Positions 48,090 to 50,777 of a stretch of DNA of 50,777 nt are shown in pieces. The stretch is from assembly GCF_001194135.2 (NCBI RefSeq), contig NC_068989.1, positions 58,535,168 through 58,585,944 of the forward strand, written 5' to 3'. Positions within the stretch are counted from its first letter, which is position 1, and each line of letters opens with the position of its first letter. The notes beneath the pieces were generated by a model. It saw nothing but the letters and a program-made list of their open reading frames with translations. It did no database searches and was not told the origin of the DNA. The translations under genes and the position numbers were made by a program. Source of the DNA: Octopus bimaculoides (Eukaryota).

Positions 48090-50012
48090 TGTTAGGAAAT
48101 TATAAACTATAATAAGTTAAACAGGTAAACAGTTTTTCATGCTGCACTCTAAGGTCAGGATGAAGTCCGCTGTCGAAATGGGGGAAGCTAGGTGTTATTA
48201 GCCAAACTGTGAAACCATAACAAATTGGGTAGACCTTGGCAAACCTTTATAAACAGAGATAATTGTACCCCAGTTTTTTTGTGACAGTTTTTTCTGTGAA
48301 ACAAAGTTGTTCAATTGGTGTGTTGTTCGAGTTAGCGATTTGAAAGTATGTACGCTCCATGTGAGTACTGTAATTCTTAACCTGTTATTGTAAACCTGTT
48401 AATTCCTGAATTGTTGAATTTGTTGGAATTTTTATTTGTCTTCCCCATTCATGGGTGAAGTAATGAATAATAGACCAGTGCAAGTGGGCAGTTATGCTGC
48501 AGTGACTGGCAAAAGCCTGTCAGCGGAGTTACTGCAAGTCCGTGAAATAGAAGTTAAAGACAAGAATTTCAAGAAGTATAACGACTTGTTGAAAAAGGAG
48601 GGAAACTGTCTTAGGCTGACACCTCCCAAAGAAGTTATTGAGAATACTGAGAAAAGAACTATCATCTACAGAACGTTAAACATAGCAACGAAGAAAATAG
48701 AAATAGCAGTAATGGAAGCAGTAGAGGAGTGTTTGAGAGAGGTGAAGGACTGTACCACGTTCTAAACCAGAGAACGGAAATTCGGCACGGTGGCGGTGCG
48801 CTTTGTAAACGAAAATGAAGCAAAGAAATACTTCACTGTGGCCTTGAGATCAGCTGAGTGGGCACTACTGCCTACTTACTGTAGCAAACGTGCGGTCAGA
48901 GTAAGGTTAGGTAGAGTGCCCTCTGAAATTGACGAGGCATGGTTGGTGGCAGCCATACTCTACCGTACAGAGGAAAATGCAGAAATTTTGAAAATGTCCA
49001 AAACTACGGAGGTGAACTGTTGGGGTCATGGGCTAGAGGTGATAGTCCATATAAGTCTGCCAGACCTCCATAAGATTGTGGAAGAGCTGGTTTTGCAGGA
49101 TGAAACTAGATTGAGGATTGTTGTGGAGGGTAGACCTCCAATATGTTTTTTGTGTGGAGTAAGGGGACACAGGAAGGCCAAGTTTTCCCAGAAATACGAG
49201 GAGGAAATAACAGAAAAAGAAATTCAAGAAGAGAGTACAGCAGTAGAGGAAGAGAAAATGGAGGAGCCATTTACGGTGGTAAAAACAAAAAAGAACTTAG
49301 AATCACCACCAAAAATCCCCAAGGAGAAAAAAAGAAAGACAACGAAGAGGAGAATAAGAAAAACGAAAAAATGAAAAACCAAGTGAAAAATCAAGTGAAA
49401 TGCGAACGCATGAGCCGTCGCCTTCAACTAGCAAGGAGGAAAGATTACGAAAGAAGGAAGGAAGCGAAAGAGACAGCGAATTAATGACAGAGACATTTAT
49501 GACGGACGAAGAGAGTGGTAAAAGATAACAGAGAACGATACTTACAGGGAGAAACTTAAAAAAGCCTCATAGTATATGAAAAAAGCGTCGAAATTGAAAA
49601 GAGAGTAACAAAAATGAAAAATATTATCAGAGTGAAAATAGCAAACCATGAAGGTAAAAAGGGTGTGCTGTTGGAGAGAGAAAGAGGGGAGTGGTTAGTA
49701 GAACTATTTTTGGGGAAAAAAAGAGTTGAATTAACACCATTTCAGTATAGATACGAGGAGCTACCGGCTGTTGTATTTTTTTGACGAATTAGAGCAGCAT
49801 TTGTAATTTTTACAAGACTGTAAAGTAAAACTGCAATTTAAAAACAGTAAAATGGAACTACCTACTTGGAGGGGGGGGGTAGGAAAGCCATTTCCTTCTC
49901 ATTAATTATATTCATAATTCATCCGATATGTGTTTTCATGTACCCCAATGTATTGCTTTGTCTGTCCTTGTGCTGTTCCCTCTATGTTATGGCCGCATGC
50001 CAAAATAAAGAG
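48090..50012 (+). mobile_element. LINE-derived element carrying ORF1 only (L1/Tx1-like)
   Basis: About 350-nt leader, ORF1 relic, about 200-nt 3' UTR ending in AATAAA (50004-50009). No endonuclease or RT sequence was found. The 5' boundary is approximate. Confidence 0.7.
48451..49806 (+). pseudogene. Gag-like ORF1 (RRM-like region + zinc knuckle) pseudogene
   Basis: ORFs 48436-48765 and 48790-49374 are in the same frame, split by one TAA. They include VRVRLGRVPSEI and LRIVVEGRPPICFLCGVRGHRKAKF (CX2CX4HX4C with the last C lost). A Lys/Glu-rich region follows, then a frameshifted C-terminus ...ELPAVVFFDELEQHL*. Confidence 0.8.
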
Positions 50013-50777
50013 AGAAAAGTTGTTCACTTGGATTCTGGAAGCTATGATTGCCTGTTTAGTTTATGCATTTTGTGCTTTGTGTTAGGAATTTATGGATTTA
50101 TTTTATGCTCCAGGAATTCGCGAGAACTTTTGTCAGATTTAAAATAATTTCTGTGTCACATCTGGGTCCAAGGTTCGAAATCCAAAGTTGAACACCGAAT
50201 TTGTGAAGACAGATTTCATGACATTCCAAGGTTCGAAATCCAAGATTCGAAAGCTGAACTTGTACTAAAATGGAAATCCGGATTTTATGAAATCCAAATT
50301 TTTGGAATGCATATTTTTGAGAACCAAATTTGTTAGGCCAGGTTTTGTGCGAGGCCAATTTTGGTGAAACCAAAAACCGGGATTCGGAGTCCGAATTTCT
50401 GAACTGTATATATATATGTTGCCTTTGTAAATATTTTGACTGCACCTCTGGTGTGGAATTTGCTTTTTGTTCGTGTATATATTTTTGTATATAAGCTGTT
50501 TTTTTATGCTGACTATTGTTAATAATATTTTGCAAAAAAAAAAAAAAATTACATGGTGTGTTGTTGTTTTAGGTTCACCCTATCCTCTTTGATTCTGTAA
50601 ATTCGGGTTATGGCCACCAGGTCGTAACAATATATATATAAACACTGAATATTAAAAGATAGTAACTTTTTTACAGAACAACACAGAAGGGCTGAATATA
50701 TTGAAGAGTGATATCAAAATTCAATAAAAGAGGATAGATTCCAGTATCAAGTTATTCCTCGTAAGAACCAACATATA

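Noticed and set aside
48160-48190. ggatgaagtccgctgtcgaaat as a ribozyme or tRNA-Leu remnant in the element leader
   Set aside because: The core deviates from CUGANGA, no stems close, and tRNA similarity is limited to 9 nt.
48090-50090. tgttaggaa at 48090 and 50080 as the starts of paired LTRs
   Set aside because: Similarity ends after 9 nt. There is no PBS, PPT or pol, and ORF1 and the AATAAA tail are LINE-like.

Overview
AT-rich, microsatellite-dense animal genomic DNA with nine N-gaps (3262-3915, 7829-8061, 9015-9990, 10659-11300, 17353-17722, 19483-19649, 21778-22023, 27655-27937, 37872-38802), most abutting (TA)n or (CA)n tracts. The repeat complement looks like an octopus/cephalopod draft assembly; this is inference from recalled repeat families, not a database result. 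No intact host protein-coding gene, tRNA, rRNA or CRISPR array could be supported. Almost all listed ORFs are microsatellite or gap artefacts. The window is a transposon graveyard: at least five tRNA-headed SINE types (labelled A-E here), mariner/Tc1/pogo remnants and MITEs, a Helitron helicase relic, and R4/Dong, CR1-like, RTE-like and Penelope-like fragments. It also holds a LINE-derived element with ORF1 but no ORF2. Best leads: (i) three minimal hammerhead-ribozyme folds of the Penelope type, one joined to a tRNA-derived head and one with a U3-A8 variant core; (ii) two adjacent fold-back elements at 28.2-29.0 kb; (iii) a 3' tail shared by the ORF1-only element and one SINE subfamily; (iv) several long inverted SINE hairpins. 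All family assignments come from motif recognition by eye and need Dfam/Repbase/Infernal confirmation.
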